From positions 2,048,001-2,112,000 of the forward strand of contig CBDAOB010000005.1 of NCBI GenBank assembly GCA_965197905.1: 64,000 bases of DNA, written 5' to 3'. The notes beneath the pieces were generated by a model. It made no database searches. It saw only the letters and a list, made by a program, of their open reading frames with translations, and was not told the origin of the DNA. This DNA comes from Candidatus Latescibacterota bacterium. Lineage in GTDB: Bacteria; Latescibacterota; UBA2968; UBA8231. Of this stretch, positions 1 to 10,315 are shown piece by piece. Made by a program: the position numbers and the translations under genes. Every line of letters starts with the position of its first letter. Within the stretch, counting starts at the first letter, position 1.

Positions 1-1996
1 GCTCAGTGGGGGTATCGACCGCTGACGTGGCCTCATCGAGGATGAGGATTCGCGGGTCGTGCAGGATGGCGCGCGCAATGGAGATACGTTGGCGCTCTCC
101 GCCAGACAGCTGGGCGCCTCGCTCACCCACCCGCGTGTCATACCCGTCATTCTTTGCAACGATGAACTCGTGGGCGTTGGCGGTGCGGGCGGCCGCGACG
201 ATATCCTCGAAGGTAGCGTTGACGTTGCCGTAGCCGATGTTGTCAGCGATACTGCCGTTGAAGAGGAAGCATTCCTGAGATACAAGACCAATCTGCGACC
301 GCAAATCTCCTAGTCGCATACCGCGAATATCGCAGCCATCTATCTCCAAAACTCCCCCGTCGACATCGTAAAATCTGCAGATCAGGTTGATGAGCGTCGA
401 TTTGCCCGCCCCCGATCTGCCTACCAGACCGATCATCTCTCCCGGCTCCACGGTCAGGTCTATCCCTCTCAATACGGGTTTTCCCGGGTTGTACGCAAAG
501 GAGACCTCTTTGAAGCACACTCCCCCCTGAATTCTCGGCATCGGCCTCGCTCGTGGTTCGAGGAACGGCTCCGGCTGGGCATCTATGATCTCGAACACCC
601 TTTCCGCCCCGGCGAATGCCATGGTGAGAAAATTATTTATCGTGCTGAAGAATTGCAGCGGTTGGTAAAACATCCAGATGTAGCTGATGAACGCCATGAG
701 CAAACCAAGGGACAGCTCCTCCGAAAGGATCTGTCGCCCGCCGACGTACCATACCAAGAAGAGCCCCGAGCTCATGATCAGATTCATGCCGGCGTAGAAA
801 ATCGACCACACGCGCTCGGCATTCGTTCCCGCTTCGCGCAGCTGGTGGTTGCGCACGTCGAAGCGGCTCGCTTCGTGTTCTTCCTGGGCGAAGGACTTTA
901 CCTCCCGGATGGAACCGATGGACTCGTTGAGGTGGGTAGAGAAATACGACCACTTTACCGAGTAGCGGCCCCAGTAACGCCGCAACTTCTCCCACTTCGT
1001 GATACCGCCCCACGCGATCACCGGCACCGGTAACAGCACGTAGAGCGTGAGTTCCCAGTTCAAATAGAACAGTAGCCCCAGGATCCCGAAGAACATCAGC
1101 ACATTATTGACGATGAACGGTACCCCCATGAGCAGAAACATTTCCAGGCGGTCCGAATCGTTGAGGAATCTCGAAATCAGATTGCCGACCTGGCGCTTTT
1201 CGTAGAACCTCAGGGGCAAGAATTGCAAGCCCTGGTATAAGGCAGAGCGGATGTCCCGCAGCGAACCGGTGGCTATGTCGGCGCGCAAGAGACCGTTGAT
1301 CAACGACAATCCCCAGCTGACCAGTCGCGCCCCGAGGAGGCCGAGGGCAAACCACAACAGCAAGTCGATGCCGGATTTGGGTGTTAGCACGTCATCGATG
1401 ATCAGCTTGACGACGTATGGCGGTATCAGCTCCAGCAAGGTGGTCGCGACGGTAACGAGAATCAACATCACGACCTGCGCCTTGAACGGTTTGAGAAACG
1501 AGGCTATACGTTTTATCGTCTCCCATTTCTTTATGCAGAACGGGCAGATCCCATCCTTCTCCGGAAGCCAGCGGCCGCATTGCCGGCAGCGCGTGCGCTC
1601 CACAGAGGCTGGCAGATCGTTTTGTTTCCCCGCCGCGATCCGCTCGATGCCACGTGCAACCTCGGCGAACTTCGGAATCTGGCCCCCGGAATAGTAGATG
1701 CGCAGAGGGGTGCCCCCCTCGACGCGCTTCACCTCTAAACGGGCCCCACCTACGAGATCGTCTGTGCTGACTTCGCTCACACTTGAGATGGGGATATCCA
1801 CGTCGGCGTTGGGAGAGTCCGGAGGCAACACGAGGATGCGTTCGTCCGTCACGACGAGCCACCGCTCTCCATAGCTGAATGCGTCGATCATATCGGATGC
1901 CACTTGAATCTGTATCGCATCCGGCGATCCGTTTGCAGCCTTCAACCTAGCCGACACCGCGGGAGGCAACTCTTCAATGAAAGGTTGGTCAGCCAT
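1..1996 (-). CDS. ABC transporter permease/ATP-binding fusion with N-terminal extension (3' end truncated by window edge)
   Basis: Absent from ORF track because it runs off the edge. ATG at 1996 (MADQPFIEELP...) is in the same frame as Walker A GLVGRSGAGKST (~400-430), signature LSGGERQR and Walker B ILILDEATS (~20-50). N-terminal domain contains CRQC...CPFC. Confidence 0.9.
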   Translation of the reverse strand, partial: MADQPFIEELPPAVSARLKAANGSPDAIQIQVASDMIDAFSYGERWLVVTDERILVLPPDSPNADVDIPISSVSEVSTDDLVGGARLEVKRVEGGTPLRIYYSGGQIPKFAEVARGIERIAAGKQNDLPASVERTRCRQCGRWLPEKDGICPFCIKKWETIKRIASFLKPFKAQVVMLILVTVATTLLELIPPYVVKLIIDDVLTPKSGIDLLLWFALGLLGARLVSWGLSLINGLLRADIATGSLRDIRSALYQGLQFLPLRFYEKRQVGNLISRFLNDSDRLEMFLLMGVPFIVNNVLMFFGILGLLFYLNWELTLYVLLPVPVIAWGGITKWEKLRRYWGRYSVKWSYFSTHLNESIGSIREVKSFAQEEHEASRFDVRNHQLREAGTNAERVWSIFYAGMNLIMSSGLFLVWYVGGRQILSEELSLGLLMAFISYIWMFYQPLQFFSTINNFLTMAFAGAERVFEIIDAQPEPFLEPRARPMPRIQGGVCFKEVSFAYNPGKPVLRGIDLTVEPGEMIGLVGRSGAGKSTLINLICRFYDVDGGVLEIDGCDIRGMRLGDLRSQIGLVSQECFLFNGSIADNIGYGNVNATFEDIVAAARTANAHEFIVAKNDGYDTRVGERGAQLSGGERQRISIARAILHDPRILILDEATSAVDTPTE

Positions 1997-2001
1997 TCCT
2001 C

Positions 2002-4284
2002 TTAGGCACCGATAGCCATGACGGATGACACCTGCTGTTGCAAGCGCACTAATTCGAAGAAAGCACCCTCGCGGGCCATCAATTCTTCGTGAGTTCCCTC
2101 TTCCGAAACCTGCCCGCCGTCGATCAACACCAGACGGTCGGCATTGCGCAGGGTGGAAAGACGGTGAGCGATTGCAAGGGTCGTGCGTCCTCTCACCAGG
2201 CGTGATATCGCCAGCTGAATCTGCTTTTCGGTTTGCACGTCCACCGCGGACGTAGCCTCATCAAGGATCAGAATTCTGGGATCGTGCAGAATCGCCCGCG
2301 CGATCGCGAGTCTCTGGCGTTCGCCGCCGGACAATCCGGTACCTCGTTCTCCCAGCCGGGTGTCGTATCCGTCCGGCTTGGCGATAATGAAATCGTGAGC
2401 AAAGGCGGCGCGGGCGGCGGAGACAATTTCCCTGAACGAAGCCCCGGGATTCCCGTAACTGATGTTTTCGCGAATCGACCCAGAGAAGAGAATCGGATCC
2501 TGAGACACGATGCCAATCTGGCGGCGAAGATCGTTCAACTTGATATTGCGAATGTCTAGCGAGTCGATCTCGATACAGCCATGGTCCACGTCGTAAAAGC
2601 GGGCCACCATGTTCACCGTGGTCGTCTTTCCAACACCGGAACGGCCCACGAGCCCAACCATCTCTCCCGCTCGTACATGCAGATTCAGATCGCGCAAGAC
2701 CGGTTTGCTCTTGTCGTATCCGAAGGTGACGTTGTCAAAACGGATGTCGCCGTCGATGCGCGGCACAGAAACGGCATCGCGGTTCTCATACTCCTCCGGC
2801 GCCGTATCGATCACCTCAAAGATTCGTTCCGCGCCGGCGAAAGCCCTGGTCATCCACGAATTTACTTGCGCGAACCATTCTACCGGCCCATACACCAACC
2901 AGGTATACGCGTAGAAGGCCAGCAACGTCCCGAGGGTTATCCGCCCTTCCAGCACCCCGATCCCCCCGAAGAACCAAACGACAATGATACCCATGCCGGT
3001 AGCCAGACCCATGGTCGCCCAGAGCATGAACCAGTTGCGCGCGGTTTTGCGGTTGATCCTCCATAGCTTCTGATTCTGCTCTTCGAATGTGGCTAACTCC
3101 CGTTCCTCCTGCGCAAACGCCTTGACGATCCGGATACCGTTCAAGCTTTCCGATAAGCGGGCGCTGAGCATGGCCCAACCGTGGCCGTATTTTTGGAACA
3201 TTCGCCGCATGCGGCGCCAGAACAGAGCGCTCCAGAGGACGATCAAGGGAATGGGAATCATTAGAAGCAGAGTGAGATACCAGTCCATGGAGAACAGAAA
3301 CCCAAGGATTCCGATAATCATCAAGCCATTGATAACCATGTAGGGTAAGCCGTCGATGAGGAACTCCTGCAACATGCTTGCGTCTCGGGCGACGCGGGAA
3401 ATAAGTCCGCCTACTCGTCGTTTGTCATAGAACTGCATGGACATCATTTCCAATTGGCGATACAGGTGGCTGCGGATGTCGGCCGTCACTCTGGCCCCCA
3501 ACCAAGCTACATACCATCCATGGAGGAGCTCAGCGCCCCAGCTGCACATCCTCACCGCAACCAGCCCGAGCACCAGCATGCCCAGCAAGAGCAAGCGAGC
3601 ATCCATATCAGCCAGGCCGTGCTGAACCGGAACCAGCACCTCATCGACGAGCCGTTTGGTGATCAACGGTGGGATCAGCTCTGCGCCGGTCGTGCACAAC
3701 GAGGCGGCAGCGAGCACGGCAGCTTTGCTCTTGTGCGGTTTCATGTAGGCGGCAATGCGGCTCAGAGTGCGCAACCTACGCACGCACGCCGGGCAGATGC
3801 CGTTCTTCTCTGGGAGCAGGCGGTTGCACTTCTCGCACCGAAGGCGATCGAGCTCGGCGTTTATCCTAAGAGGCAGTTGTTGGGCGAGTTGGTCGATTCC
3901 CCGGGCCACTTCCGAGAACTTCTGCGTTTCGGTGTCGCTGTATGCCAGTAGCACCTTTGGTGCCGCGCGACGCTCTATCTCCAGCTGGGCGCCCCCAACG
4001 AGAGGTTCGTTGCTAGCGCCGCTTATCTCTTCTATGGGAATCTCCTGAAGATCGCCGGCACGTTCTTCGGAAAGAAGCATCACCCGCTTCGACGACACCG
4101 ACAGCCATCGCCCTTCGAACCGGTGATTCGAATCGAGATCGGCCCTCACCCGGATCAGTTCCTCTTCACCGGGAGCGAGCGATTCGAGAATCCTCGAGGT
4201 AACCGCCTGCGGGGCAGTTTCAATCAGTTTCATGGGCCTAACGGGAACAGGCCACCGGGTTCCTCGCCCCGCGGCCTGTTTCAT
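2002..4284 (-). CDS. ABC transporter permease/ATP-binding fusion (exporter type) with N-terminal soluble domain and Cys4 motif
   Basis: GRSGVGKTT, LSGGERQR, ILDEATS, IAHRLST and a TM region are present, plus CEKC-x11-CPAC. Paralog of the downstream gene. Start may instead be 4233 (MKLIETAPQ). Confidence 0.92.
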   Translation of the reverse strand: MKQAAGRGTRWPVPVRPMKLIETAPQAVTSRILESLAPGEEELIRVRADLDSNHRFEGRWLSVSSKRVMLLSEERAGDLQEIPIEEISGASNEPLVGGAQLEIERRAAPKVLLAYSDTETQKFSEVARGIDQLAQQLPLRINAELDRLRCEKCNRLLPEKNGICPACVRRLRTLSRIAAYMKPHKSKAAVLAAASLCTTGAELIPPLITKRLVDEVLVPVQHGLADMDARLLLLGMLVLGLVAVRMCSWGAELLHGWYVAWLGARVTADIRSHLYRQLEMMSMQFYDKRRVGGLISRVARDASMLQEFLIDGLPYMVINGLMIIGILGFLFSMDWYLTLLLMIPIPLIVLWSALFWRRMRRMFQKYGHGWAMLSARLSESLNGIRIVKAFAQEERELATFEEQNQKLWRINRKTARNWFMLWATMGLATGMGIIVVWFFGGIGVLEGRITLGTLLAFYAYTWLVYGPVEWFAQVNSWMTRAFAGAERIFEVIDTAPEEYENRDAVSVPRIDGDIRFDNVTFGYDKSKPVLRDLNLHVRAGEMVGLVGRSGVGKTTTVNMVARFYDVDHGCIEIDSLDIRNIKLNDLRRQIGIVSQDPILFSGSIRENISYGNPGASFREIVSAARAAFAHDFIIAKPDGYDTRLGERGTGLSGGERQRLAIARAILHDPRILILDEATSAVDVQTEKQIQLAISRLVRGRTTLAIAHRLSTLRNADRLVLIDGGQVSEEGTHEELMAREGAFFELVRLQQQVSSVMAIGA

Positions 4285-4338
4285 AACCGACTATCGACGT
4301 CTTTTAGCGCGAGTTGGAGCTATCCTCGGACCTCAGAC

Positions 4339-4367
4339 AAGTTACCGGCGAATATGCATAGCGTCAA
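4339..4367 (-). promoter_or_regulatory. sigma70-type promoter candidate for the ABC pair
   Basis: TTGACG-N17-TAACTT on the minus strand. Confidence 0.5.
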
Positions 4368-4401
4368 CGGCTATACACATTCTAAATCCATCGCAGATCC
4401 A

Positions 4402-4735
4402 CTATTCATAGAATTTGCTTCCCCACATCACCAGCTGCCCATTCTCGAAAAACAAGGAGGTGCGCTCCGTTTTTCCGTTGTCGCCGGCCGTTGCCGCCGG
4501 TGCAACGTAGTGAAATACGAGAACAGGCGATCCGTCTAGTGATTTATAGAATTCACTCCCGCCGGGAGGACCAAGGAGCTGACGAACCTGAGTTTCGTCC
4601 AGACCCATCCTCAATCGGCGCAGAGCTTCCTGGTAGGTTTGCGTCGTTTCGTCGCTGGGTGAAGATCCCGCATGCATCGCGCACCCCCACGCTGAACAGG
4701 ATCAAACCGCAGACGACATGGAACACCGCCTTCAT
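4402..4735 (-). pseudogene. small lipoprotein (BamE/DUF3192-like) interrupted by +1 frameshift in a G5 run; possibly a sequencing error
   Basis: SD AGGGGG and ATG at 4735 give MKAVFHVVCGLILFSVG. Removing one G at 4684-4688 gives lipobox SVG-C fused to AMHAGSS...LRMGLDETQVRQLLGPP...LFFENGQLVMWG. Confidence 0.7.
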
Positions 4736-4930
4736 GTCGTTCCCCCTAGCTCTGTTTTTCCATATATAACGCCAAGTCTCAGTAATCACAAGCGGATACC
4801 GAGGCGCAGCAGTAGATACTGGGAGCAACACGTGGGCGAATGAGCTGTTATGGCCAACCGCCGCGCGGCAGTTGTGGTCAATCCAGGGGGTTAAAACGCG
4901 GGCGCGAGCAGGACCGGAACCTGCGAGGAT

Positions 4931-5470
4931 CTATGGTGCACTGAGCCAAGTCAACAACATGAGCAGGCCGACGACCGCTACCAAGCCGCCCATCATGGCG
5001 AACCACCAGTTCTGCCGGAGTCCCGCCGCCTCGGTGACCTCCTCCGACTCTTCCGGCTGCTGCGACCTGAACCTGCGGCCTTCGAGCCCGACGAGGCCTA
5101 GTACTGTGACAACGGTTATGAGACCAAATCCGCGCGCGAGAAGCACATCTTCCGCGTGCATCGTTTGGAGTAGATTCAAGCTGTATACGAAAGGCAGACC
5201 GTTGCAAAGTAACCACCACTTCCGCGACACAAGCCCGCCCATGGTCAATCCCAGCGACATGCCTCCAAGCCCGATGTGCCGCAAAGCTACGGGCACCTCG
5301 CCCGTGAGCGAATAATACAGCCCCGCCGCCCAGTATCCGCTGACCCACCAGATCACCGCGCCGAAATAGGCGTAAAAGATGTACGGCTGCGAAGCCGGCA
5401 GCTCGACGAACAGGCGTGCCGCGAGGTAGCGCGGGAAGGTGCTAAGGGTGTTTGAACGATCTATAGCCAT
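4931..5470 (-). CDS. hypothetical integral membrane protein
   Basis: Several hydrophobic segments from MAIDRSNTLS. The longer ORF call overlaps the Rieske gene, so the start was trimmed. Confidence 0.7.
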   Translation of the reverse strand: MAIDRSNTLSTFPRYLAARLFVELPASQPYIFYAYFGAVIWWVSGYWAAGLYYSLTGEVPVALRHIGLGGMSLGLTMGGLVSRKWWLLCNGLPFVYSLNLLQTMHAEDVLLARGFGLITVVTVLGLVGLEGRRFRSQQPEESEEVTEAAGLRQNWWFAMMGGLVAVVGLLMLLTWLSAP

Positions 5471-5531
5471 ATCAAACCATGCCGCGGACAAGCAGCAGTA
5501 TACAGAAACCTGCCGCGGCCAGCAATTTCGC

Positions 5532-5897
5532 CTATCCCAATTCCACGATGACCCGACAGTCTTCCACGGTGGCGGGATACGTGCGCACTTTGGCCCTGTC
5601 CGGATCGACGATAGAGCGCCCCGTCCTCCCATCAAACTCCCAACCGTGCCATGGGCAGACGACAATCTCCTGTTCCCTGCCGTAGGAAATGGGATTCCCG
5701 GGCAAACAGGGCAAGGTAGTGCCCTGCAACCAGCCATCAGACAACCTAGCGCCTTGATGAGGACAGGCGTCTCGCATCGCAAAGAACTGGTCATCGCGGC
5801 GAAAGAGAACAAAACCACGTCCATTTAGTTCGATGCGGTACAGCCTGCCGGGCGCAAAGTCGTTCAATGCACCGACATCGTAGCGACTAGAGGGCAT
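5532..5897 (-). CDS. Rieske [2Fe-2S] ferredoxin
   Basis: CPHQG and CPWHGWEFD motifs. Start overlaps the upstream amidohydrolase stop. Confidence 0.92.
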   Translation of the reverse strand: MPSSRYDVGALNDFAPGRLYRIELNGRGFVLFRRDDQFFAMRDACPHQGARLSDGWLQGTTLPCLPGNPISYGREQEIVVCPWHGWEFDGRTGRSIVDPDRAKVRTYPATVEDCRVIVELG

Positions 5898-6987
5898 AAA
5901 GCTGTTGGGCATTCTCGCTGAAAATACGCTCTCGCAGGGAAGATCCGATGACCGCAGGGATAGCCCGATTTGGGGCGTCAAAGTCCCAATGGGGATAGTC
6001 GGTGGCAAACATCAGGAAATTGTCCGCACCTATCATCTCCATCATAGCCGTCAGATGCTGGGGATTCCCCGGTTCCTCCATCGGCTGCGTCGTCGCTCTA
6101 AAGTGCCCGACGATATACTCGCTGGGCAACTTCAGCAGCCATGGCACCTCGCTCCGAAGTCCCCTGTAGTTCTTGTCCAGCCGCCACATCAACGGCGGCA
6201 GCCAAGCGAATCCCCCTTCTATGAGCACGACAAACAAACCGGGGAACTCCTCGAACAGCCCTTCGCATACAAGGCTTACCACCTGGGCTTGGAAGGCTTG
6301 TGCCATGTTGGTGTGGTCCTCCAGATAGTACGACGGCCACCCACACGCCGCCGACGGACTCCCACTGCCGCCGAAATGGATCCCGACGGGCAAGTGCATC
6401 TCCGCCGCCGCGGCGAAGATCGGTCGGAATTCACGCCGACCGTACGGGGCATGTGAGCGCACGAGCAGCAGAACCTGCACGAACCGATCGTCCCTCGCGG
6501 CGCGACGGATCTCTTCCGCAGCGGCCAGAGGATCGCGCGTATTGACTACCAGAGAACCCCGCCACCGAGGATCGGCATCGAGCCAGATAGCCGCAGTCCA
6601 CTCGTTGACCGCCCGGGCGAGCGAATTGGCAAAATCGAGGTTGTGCACAGCAGGTGTGTTGTAGAGCGGGTTGAGAATGGCGCGGTGGATATTCCAGGTA
6701 TCGAGCAGCTGTGCGCGGGAGAAATCTTGATCGCTTCCCGGTTTTCTTCCGCTCGGAGGCCAGGCGTCCCGCCGCGCCGCCATGGCAAATCCCTTGGGGT
6801 ACGAGGGTCCTGGCGGACCTGTGAATCCGGACTGAGAGATATAGGCGCACCACCGCCTGGAAAGGAAAGGCTCGAGTTCAGAAATGGAATCCGGATAATT
6901 ATGAACGTCGCAGTCGATCAATCCTTGCTGAAGAGGTCTGATGGCATCGATCTCTTCAACAGGTGCGGGCGCGGTGTCGGCTGTCAT
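5887..6987 (-). CDS. amidohydrolase_2 TIM-barrel protein (PtmU3/AibH-like dinuclear oxygenase-type motifs)
   Basis: [30 protein letters not shown] and [11 protein letters not shown] motifs. Confidence 0.88.
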   Translation of the reverse strand: MTADTAPAPVEEIDAIRPLQQGLIDCDVHNYPDSISELEPFLSRRWCAYISQSGFTGPPGPSYPKGFAMAARRDAWPPSGRKPGSDQDFSRAQLLDTWNIHRAILNPLYNTPAVHNLDFANSLARAVNEWTAAIWLDADPRWRGSLVVNTRDPLAAAEEIRRAARDDRFVQVLLLVRSHAPYGRREFRPIFAAAAEMHLPVGIHFGGSGSPSAACGWPSYYLEDHTNMAQAFQAQVVSLVCEGLFEEFPGLFVVLIEGGFAWLPPLMWRLDKNYRGLRSEVPWLLKLPSEYIVGHFRATTQPMEEPGNPQHLTAMMEMIGADNFLMFATDYPHWDFDAPNRAIPAVIGSSLRERIFSENAQQLYAL

Positions 6988-7016
6988 ATCTACCTCCTAC
7001 GTTGTCTGCTTCATGT

Positions 7017-7949
7017 CTATGCTGAGGTTTCGCCATACACCTGAAGGGCGGTACCCCCCAACACCATCTGTTGATCCTGCTCGGAGAGAAATCGAATGTG
7101 CCGGCGACCGAGCTCTATAAGCTGGGGTAAGCTCAACTGGCTAAACAGGCCGGGTTGGTCGGAACCCCACATCAGTTTTCCGGCGCCGATGCGATCGACC
7201 GCCAGTTGCAGGTATCGCTCCACGCTGGGATATGGATAACCTTCGTCGACCACCTTCGCGGGCAATGCTGAGGTGTCGAACCAGACGTTGTCATGTCTTC
7301 CCAGATCGATCTGCTGCTCCCAGCAGCTCCAGAGTTCGGTATCAGCTTCTGCTGCCAACGTGGGTTGGCCGAGGTGGGCGACCACAATGCGCAGCGTCGG
7401 ATGGGCCGAAGCGATTGCGTCGACGGCATCACTTTGGTAGGACGCTGTTCCAATGGTTCCCAAATCGAGCACGAGCACGAATCGGTCCTCCTCCATGCGC
7501 GTCCACAACCAATCCAGATCCGGTGTGTCGAGCCGAGCATCGGGGTGGAGACCACACAATCCCGATTCCACCGCAAACTCGAGCTTTATTGCGCGGAAGC
7601 GACCCATGGAGAGAATCCGTTCGTACGCCTCCGGCACCTGCGATTCCCACGGATCGAGGTAGGCTGCACCGGTCAACCGTCCCGCTTCCCTCTCCAAGGT
7701 TTGCGCCACATATTCGTTGCACTCACCGTAGGTCGGCCCTTGCAAAAGCATAGCGCGATCGACGCCCGCCCATTCCATATTGGCAAGCAACATCTCGGCA
7801 GTAAACTGGGTCTCCTTCTGATACGGGGGCAGGAACTGAACTTCGCGCCGGCCGATGCTCATGCGTCCGTAGGACAGACTTCGGGTTTCGCCGCCCTGGG
7901 TCCGGCCGCGGAATTCACGGCAGATATGGGCATGGGCGTCGACGATCAT
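7017..7949 (-). CDS. amidohydrolase_2 family protein (lactonase-like)
   Basis: DAHAH, VVAHLG, WFDTSAL and MWGSDQP motifs. Confidence 0.88.
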   Translation of the reverse strand: MIVDAHAHICREFRGRTQGGETRSLSYGRMSIGRREVQFLPPYQKETQFTAEMLLANMEWAGVDRAMLLQGPTYGECNEYVAQTLEREAGRLTGAAYLDPWESQVPEAYERILSMGRFRAIKLEFAVESGLCGLHPDARLDTPDLDWLWTRMEEDRFVLVLDLGTIGTASYQSDAVDAIASAHPTLRIVVAHLGQPTLAAEADTELWSCWEQQIDLGRHDNVWFDTSALPAKVVDEGYPYPSVERYLQLAVDRIGAGKLMWGSDQPGLFSQLSLPQLIELGRRHIRFLSEQDQQMVLGGTALQVYGETSA

Positions 7950-8467
7950 TTCGCGCCGCCTGGAGATAAACGGCTGTACCCGCCTGCATAGAACAGAAGC
8001 GGGGCCCCCTCGTTAACCTCGCCGGCCGTCATCTCACCTATGAACATGTCGTGATCGCCGCTGGCCACCACTTGCCTAATCCGGCAATCGGCAAATGCCA
8101 GAGCGTCGACTATGATAGGTGCGCCTGAGGTGGCTGTCCGGATCCGGAGATCGGACAGGTTCTTCGGTCCCGGCTGCGCAAACCGTTGGGACAGATCCTC
8201 ATGTTCTTGCTGCAGTATACTTACCGCGAAACATTCGCTGCGCATCAACAGACGATGCATTTGCGAATCGCGTTGGACCGACACCAAAATCAGCGGTGGA
8301 TCGAGGGAGAGGGAGAGAACCGCATTCGCCGTCATTGCGCTGGTTTCATCCCCTACTCGGGTGGTGACCACCGTTACGCCGGTCGCTAAACGGCCCATAA
8401 CCTCCCGCAACTGGGTCGAATCTACTGCCACTTCAGATCTCTCTTGCCCAGACGGCGAATCGTTCAA
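7946..8467 (-). CDS. flavin reductase (HpaC/Flavin_Reduct family)
   Basis: LATGVTVVTT, TANAVLSLSLDPPLILV and GDHDMFIGE motifs. Start may be the GTG at ~8431. Confidence 0.9.
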   Translation of the reverse strand: MNDSPSGQERSEVAVDSTQLREVMGRLATGVTVVTTRVGDETSAMTANAVLSLSLDPPLILVSVQRDSQMHRLLMRSECFAVSILQQEHEDLSQRFAQPGPKNLSDLRIRTATSGAPIIVDALAFADCRIRQVVASGDHDMFIGEMTAGEVNEGAPLLFYAGGYSRLSPGGAK

Positions 8468-10239
8468 TCGCGGTACTCCACCTCCACAGCGGCTTCATGC
8501 AGTTGGCGCCATAACGGCTCCAGCTCTGTTTGCACGGTGGTCAATACATCGCCCAGCGGAACGTCGCGGCGTTCGTCCTCCGAGCGCAGCTTCAACTCCA
8601 CGTTTCCGTTCTTGAGGGAACGCTCGCCGACAGTAATTCGAACGGGAATACCTATCAGATCGGCGTCGTTGAATTTGACCCCGGGGTTTTTAGCGCGATC
8701 GTCCAGCAACGTATCAATCGACGCCTCAGTCAACGCCGCATAGATCTCCTCGGTGGCCGTGGCTGCAGCTCCTTCACCTTTTGCCAGGGAAACCAGGTGC
8801 ACGCTGAACGGAGCTACCGAGATGGGCCAAACAAGCCCGTTATCGTCGTTGTGCTCTTCGGCGATACAGGCAAGCATCCTACCGATGCCGATGCCGTAAG
8901 ATCCCATAATCACCGGTTTGTTCTTGCCTTCGGCGTCGAGAAAGTTGCAGCTCAGGGCTTCAGTGTATCGGGTTCCAAGCTGAAAGATGTTGCCCACCTC
9001 CACACCTCTGGAGATCCGCAACGGTGTATCACATTCGACGCACCCGTCCCCCTCTTGCGCGGCTGCAATGTCACACACCATGTCGACCTTATAGTCGCGC
9101 CCGTAGTTGACGTTTTTGAGGTGGAAACCGTCTTCGTTGGCCCCCGCCACCAGGTTCGGCGACAACGGAATCACATCATCCGCCACCACAAGAGCACCGC
9201 TGATACCGACTGATGAACCGTACCCGGAAACCGCACCGACAGCGTGTATTTCGTCGCTTTGTGCCGGCCTGAGTTCCTTTGCCTGCAGGGCATTGGTCAG
9301 CTTCGTTTCGTTGACTTCCATGTCCCCCCGCACGATGGCCAGCACGAACTTCTGCTCCTCCTGCTCCGCGTCTTCCCCCTGGACCTTGGCTACCATAAAG
9401 ACCGCCTTGGCGGTGCGGCTCTCCGGGACTCCCATGAACTTCGCCAAATCGGCGATGGTAGTGCAATCGGGAGTAGCCACTCTTTCCAGCTCCTCCGGCA
9501 ACTCGTCTGGTACGTTGTTCTTTTTGAACCGCGCCACCTGACGATTGGCGGCGTATCCGCAGCTGTCGCACAACACCAGTGAATCTTCTCCGATGGGCGT
9601 CAGATACATGAATTCGTGGGCCGCACTCCCGCCCATCATACCGACGTCAGACTTGACCGCCAACGCCGGCAACCCGCACCGTGCAAAGATGTTGAAATAG
9701 GTCTGATAGTGGGCCCGATATTGCCGTTCGAGTCCTTCCCAATCCGCATCCAGGCTATAACTGTCTTTCATGGAGAACTCCCGCACGCGAATGAGCCCGG
9801 CGCGCGGGCGCGGATCATCGCGCCATTTCGTCTGGATCTGGTAGATCAGCTGAGGCAGTTGCCGGTAAGATTTGATCTCGCGTCGCACCAGATCGCCCAC
9901 GACCTCTTCGTGGGTCATGGCTAATACCATGTCTCGATTCGACTTGTCGAGAAATCGCCCCATCTCCGATCCGATCTGATACCACCTGCCGGTCTCTTTC
10001 CAGATATCCGCTGGATGAACGACCGGCATGGTCAACTCCTGCCCATCGATCGCCTCCATTTCGGCGCGTATGATCGCTTCGATCTTGTTCAAGGATCGCC
10101 GCGCCAACGGCAGGTAGCTGAATATCCCGCTGGCAAGCTGGCGAACAAAACCGGCACGTAGGAGCAGATCGTGGCTGGTCACCTCCGCGTCCGCCGAACT
10201 CTCGCGAAGGGTTTGACTGAACAGTCTACTCATTCTCAT
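8464..10239 (-). CDS. proS: proline--tRNA ligase with editing insertion domain
   Basis: THEE, QTKWRDDPRPRAGLIRVREF, VEVGNIFQLG, MGSYGIGIGR and GVKFNDADLIG motifs. Confidence 0.97.
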   Translation of the reverse strand: MRMSRLFSQTLRESSADAEVTSHDLLLRAGFVRQLASGIFSYLPLARRSLNKIEAIIRAEMEAIDGQELTMPVVHPADIWKETGRWYQIGSEMGRFLDKSNRDMVLAMTHEEVVGDLVRREIKSYRQLPQLIYQIQTKWRDDPRPRAGLIRVREFSMKDSYSLDADWEGLERQYRAHYQTYFNIFARCGLPALAVKSDVGMMGGSAAHEFMYLTPIGEDSLVLCDSCGYAANRQVARFKKNNVPDELPEELERVATPDCTTIADLAKFMGVPESRTAKAVFMVAKVQGEDAEQEEQKFVLAIVRGDMEVNETKLTNALQAKELRPAQSDEIHAVGAVSGYGSSVGISGALVVADDVIPLSPNLVAGANEDGFHLKNVNYGRDYKVDMVCDIAAAQEGDGCVECDTPLRISRGVEVGNIFQLGTRYTEALSCNFLDAEGKNKPVIMGSYGIGIGRMLACIAEEHNDDNGLVWPISVAPFSVHLVSLAKGEGAAATATEEIYAALTEASIDTLLDDRAKNPGVKFNDADLIGIPVRITVGERSLKNGNVELKLRSEDERRDVPLGDVLTTVQTELEPLWRQLHEAAVEVEYRD

Positions 10240-10315
10240 GTGCCACTAACTCCGTTCATGATCGGTTCATCACCGGCAGCCAAGGTATAATAGGGTCCTC
10301 TCCCATTCAACCGTT

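Noticed and set aside
4931..5824. 297-aa version of the membrane protein ORF
   Set aside because: Its N-terminal ~118 codons mostly overlap the Rieske gene in another frame. The ATG at 5470 is more plausible.
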